In this document: positions 62,199 through 64,000 of the stretch, piece after piece
Position numbering within the stretch: position 1 is the stretch's first letter
Layout: each line of letters opens with the position of its first letter
Assembly (NCBI GenBank): GCA_965238005.1
Contig: OZ250165.1
Span: 1,920,001-1,984,000 of the forward strand
Reading direction: 5' to 3'
Length of the DNA stretch: 64,000 nt
From: Longimicrobiales bacterium
Lineage (GTDB): Bacteria > Gemmatimonadota > Gemmatimonadetes > Longimicrobiales > Gaopeijiaceae
The notes under the pieces: generated by a model
Told to the model about the DNA's origin: nothing
The model's database searches: none
What the model saw: the letters and a program-made list of their open reading frames with translations, nothing else
Position numbers and translations under genes: made by a program

Positions 62199-63215
62199 TC
62201 AACCACCCCGCGTGTGCATCTCCCGGTGCGGATCTTTACGTAGAGCCTTGATCTGATAGAGAGGGCCTCGCACGCCCAGCGCCTTCCGATCTTCGGCCCC
62301 ACGATCGGCACGATTTGTCCACCCGCGCACGATCAGCGACCTGATCTCGTCTTGGGAGGCCCCCTCTCGCAGAGGCCGCCGAAGGTCGATCCCGTGGGCT
62401 CCGTACAGGCACAGGAACCACATCCCATCGGCAGTGAGCCGGCTCCGGTCGCAGGCACGGCAGAATGGTTCGGTTGTCGAGGCGATGATGCCGAAGGTCG
62501 TCCCGTCGGGCAGCGCATAGCGGTTCGCCGGAGCCGAGCCATTGTCGCGAAGCGGCTCGATCGGTCCATGGTGCCTCGCCAGCCGGCTCAGTATCTCCCT
62601 ACTCGAAACGACCAAGTCCATCGTCCACCGCATCGCGCCGCCCACGTCCATGTATTCGATGAACCGGACTTCTGCGCCCCTATCTCTAGCGAAGTCGATC
62701 AAGTCGGTGAGCTCGTCGTCGTTGTACCCGCGCATGACCACGGTATTGATCTTGAGGGGTTTCAACCCGCCCTCCGCGGCGGCATCGATCCCTTCGAGCA
62801 CGTCGGGGAGACGGTTGCGGCGTGTGAGCTGCTCGAACCGCTGCGGCCGTAGCGTATCCAGGCTCACGCTGACCCGGTCCAGTCCCGCGCTCCGGAGCGA
62901 CTCCGCCTGCTTCGCCAGCAACACACCATTGGTGGTCATGCTCAGGTCACGAACGTCCGGGTTTGCCGCTAGCCGCTCCACCACATCCACAACTTCGCGG
63001 CGGAGCAGCGGCTCGCCGCCTGTGAGCCGCACCTTGTCCACTCCAAGCTCGCTGAAGACATCGACGAGATCGCCGATCTCTTCGACGGTGAGGATGTCGT
63101 CGCGGGGCAACCAGACATACTCCTCCTCGGGCATACAGTACTGGCAACGCAGGTTGCATTTGTCGATCAGTGAGACCCGGAGGCTCTTAAGAGGCCGGCC
63201 GAACGTGTCCAGCAC
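62199..63215 (-). CDS. moaA: GTP 3',8-cyclase MoaA
   Basis: DTFGR, CNLRCQYC, LTGGEPL, RFIEYM, FCRACDRSRLTADG...CL, C-terminal GG. Confidence 0.95.
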   Translation of the reverse strand: MLDTFGRPLKSLRVSLIDKCNLRCQYCMPEEEYVWLPRDDILTVEEIGDLVDVFSELGVDKVRLTGGEPLLRREVVDVVERLAANPDVRDLSMTTNGVLLAKQAESLRSAGLDRVSVSLDTLRPQRFEQLTRRNRLPDVLEGIDAAAEGGLKPLKINTVVMRGYNDDELTDLIDFARDRGAEVRFIEYMDVGGAMRWTMDLVVSSREILSRLARHHGPIEPLRDNGSAPANRYALPDGTTFGIIASTTEPFCRACDRSRLTADGMWFLCLYGAHGIDLRRPLREGASQDEIRSLIVRGWTNRADRGAEDRKALGVRGPLYQIKALRKDPHREMHTRGG

Positions 63216-63262
63216 TGTGCGCCTTCTCCTCGGTCTCAGCTGCCTGGCGGCGAAACTTGAAA

Positions 63263-63553
63263 TCAAACGCCGCCGTGCTTCGTGGACGGTGAATCTTCGA
63301 GATTGGGACCCGGGTTCAGCGCATGGAGTGCTTGCAGCACCCGGTCTAGAATATCCGACGGTTGCTCGCTTCCCATGTTCTCTTCGTCCGCGACTTGAAG
63401 TTGTAGCGCGTCGAATTTCCACCGACGCAAGACTTCGATCTTCTGTTCCCGAGTCAACTCGTCCCGTTTAAGCACATCCTCGGGACCAAGGAATACAAGC
63501 GCCGGGTTCAGCAGTGCTTTCCTGAGATCGATCCGCTGTTCGCTGTTTGCCAC
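63263..63553 (-). CDS. Small hypothetical protein
   Basis: Natural-looking helical sequence (KALLNPA..F..PEDVL...KIEVLRRW..DA). Confidence 0.6.
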   Translation of the reverse strand: MANSEQRIDLRKALLNPALVFLGPEDVLKRDELTREQKIEVLRRWKFDALQLQVADEENMGSEQPSDILDRVLQALHALNPGPNLEDSPSTKHGGV

Positions 63554-63700
63554 CTCGCAACGCTCCGATCTTATGGAAATTCGATTTTCTTACGTTATCT
63601 ATTTCTCATACCCAGCACGAATTGGGAAAGTTATGGCACTCCTGGGGCGTTGTGGGTATTCTTCGGCGCTCCCCGCCCCGAACGCCTTCACCAGTCGTCC

Positions 63701-63877
63701 ATGAACTTCGACCGTACAGAACAAGACCCGGGCGCCAGGCTCCTGTTCGTCCTGGCGTGCCCGGTCGTCGTAGTGTACGGGCTCGCGATCATCATCCCGG
63801 TCATCATGAACGTCGCCGCGGTCGGCCTGCTCATTCTGTTCGCGAGCCAGTCGGCGTCCGAGCCGGGAGGGGGCTGA
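63701..63877 (+). CDS. Possible small membrane protein
   Basis: Long hydrophobic stretch only. Confidence 0.3.
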   Translation: MNFDRTEQDPGARLLFVLACPVVVVYGLAIIIPVIMNVAAVGLLILFASQSASEPGGG

Positions 63878-64000
63878 CGTGTCACGAGTACCGTTCGAAG
63901 TGCTGCCGGGCCATGGCCGCCTCTGGGTCTTTCCGGCGAGCCGGACCCTGACGGACGTCGAGGCCCGAGCGTGCCTGGAGGCGGTCGACGAGTTTCTGGC

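Noticed and set aside
1..64000. CRISPR array, rRNA or intact tRNA
   Set aside because: I saw no regularly spaced repeats, rRNA-like tracts or complete cloverleaf; only a tRNA-Pro half.

Overview
High-GC bacterial window; the gene content resembles Gemmatimonadota, which is an inference only. The left part (1-~28.9 kb) is mostly core genome. It carries an Omp85-like gene end, mlaEFD, an M14 peptidase, a tightly overlapping histidine kinase-addB-addA-pncB-pncA operon, a CNNM/CBS protein, mscS, glnA, lspA and a DUF1800/DUF1501 pair, with several deletion scars. After a degenerate tRNA-Pro scrap at ~29.0 kb the window becomes a mosaic of accessory genes and IS fragments (IS6, ISCR/IS91, IS256). 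The most striking signal is one IS3-family element. Its two near-identical copies (31401-32749 and 45665-47014) are different circular permutations of the same IRR-G-IRL circle junction rather than ordinary tip-to-tip insertions. Isolated tips of the same IRs, fused inside-out to a tenA gene, bound a 24.6-kb inversion (36641-61226) with an inverted 5-bp target duplication. Undoing the inversion restores a BNR/VPS10 hydrolase in frame and rejoins tenA. Other notable items are a ~1380-aa GT4-unknown-phosphodiester glycosidase fusion paired with an MggS-like GT4, an orphan terminase pair, a 55-bp promoter-like element present twice, and a structured glnA leader. All functional calls come from motif recognition by eye; no searches were run.
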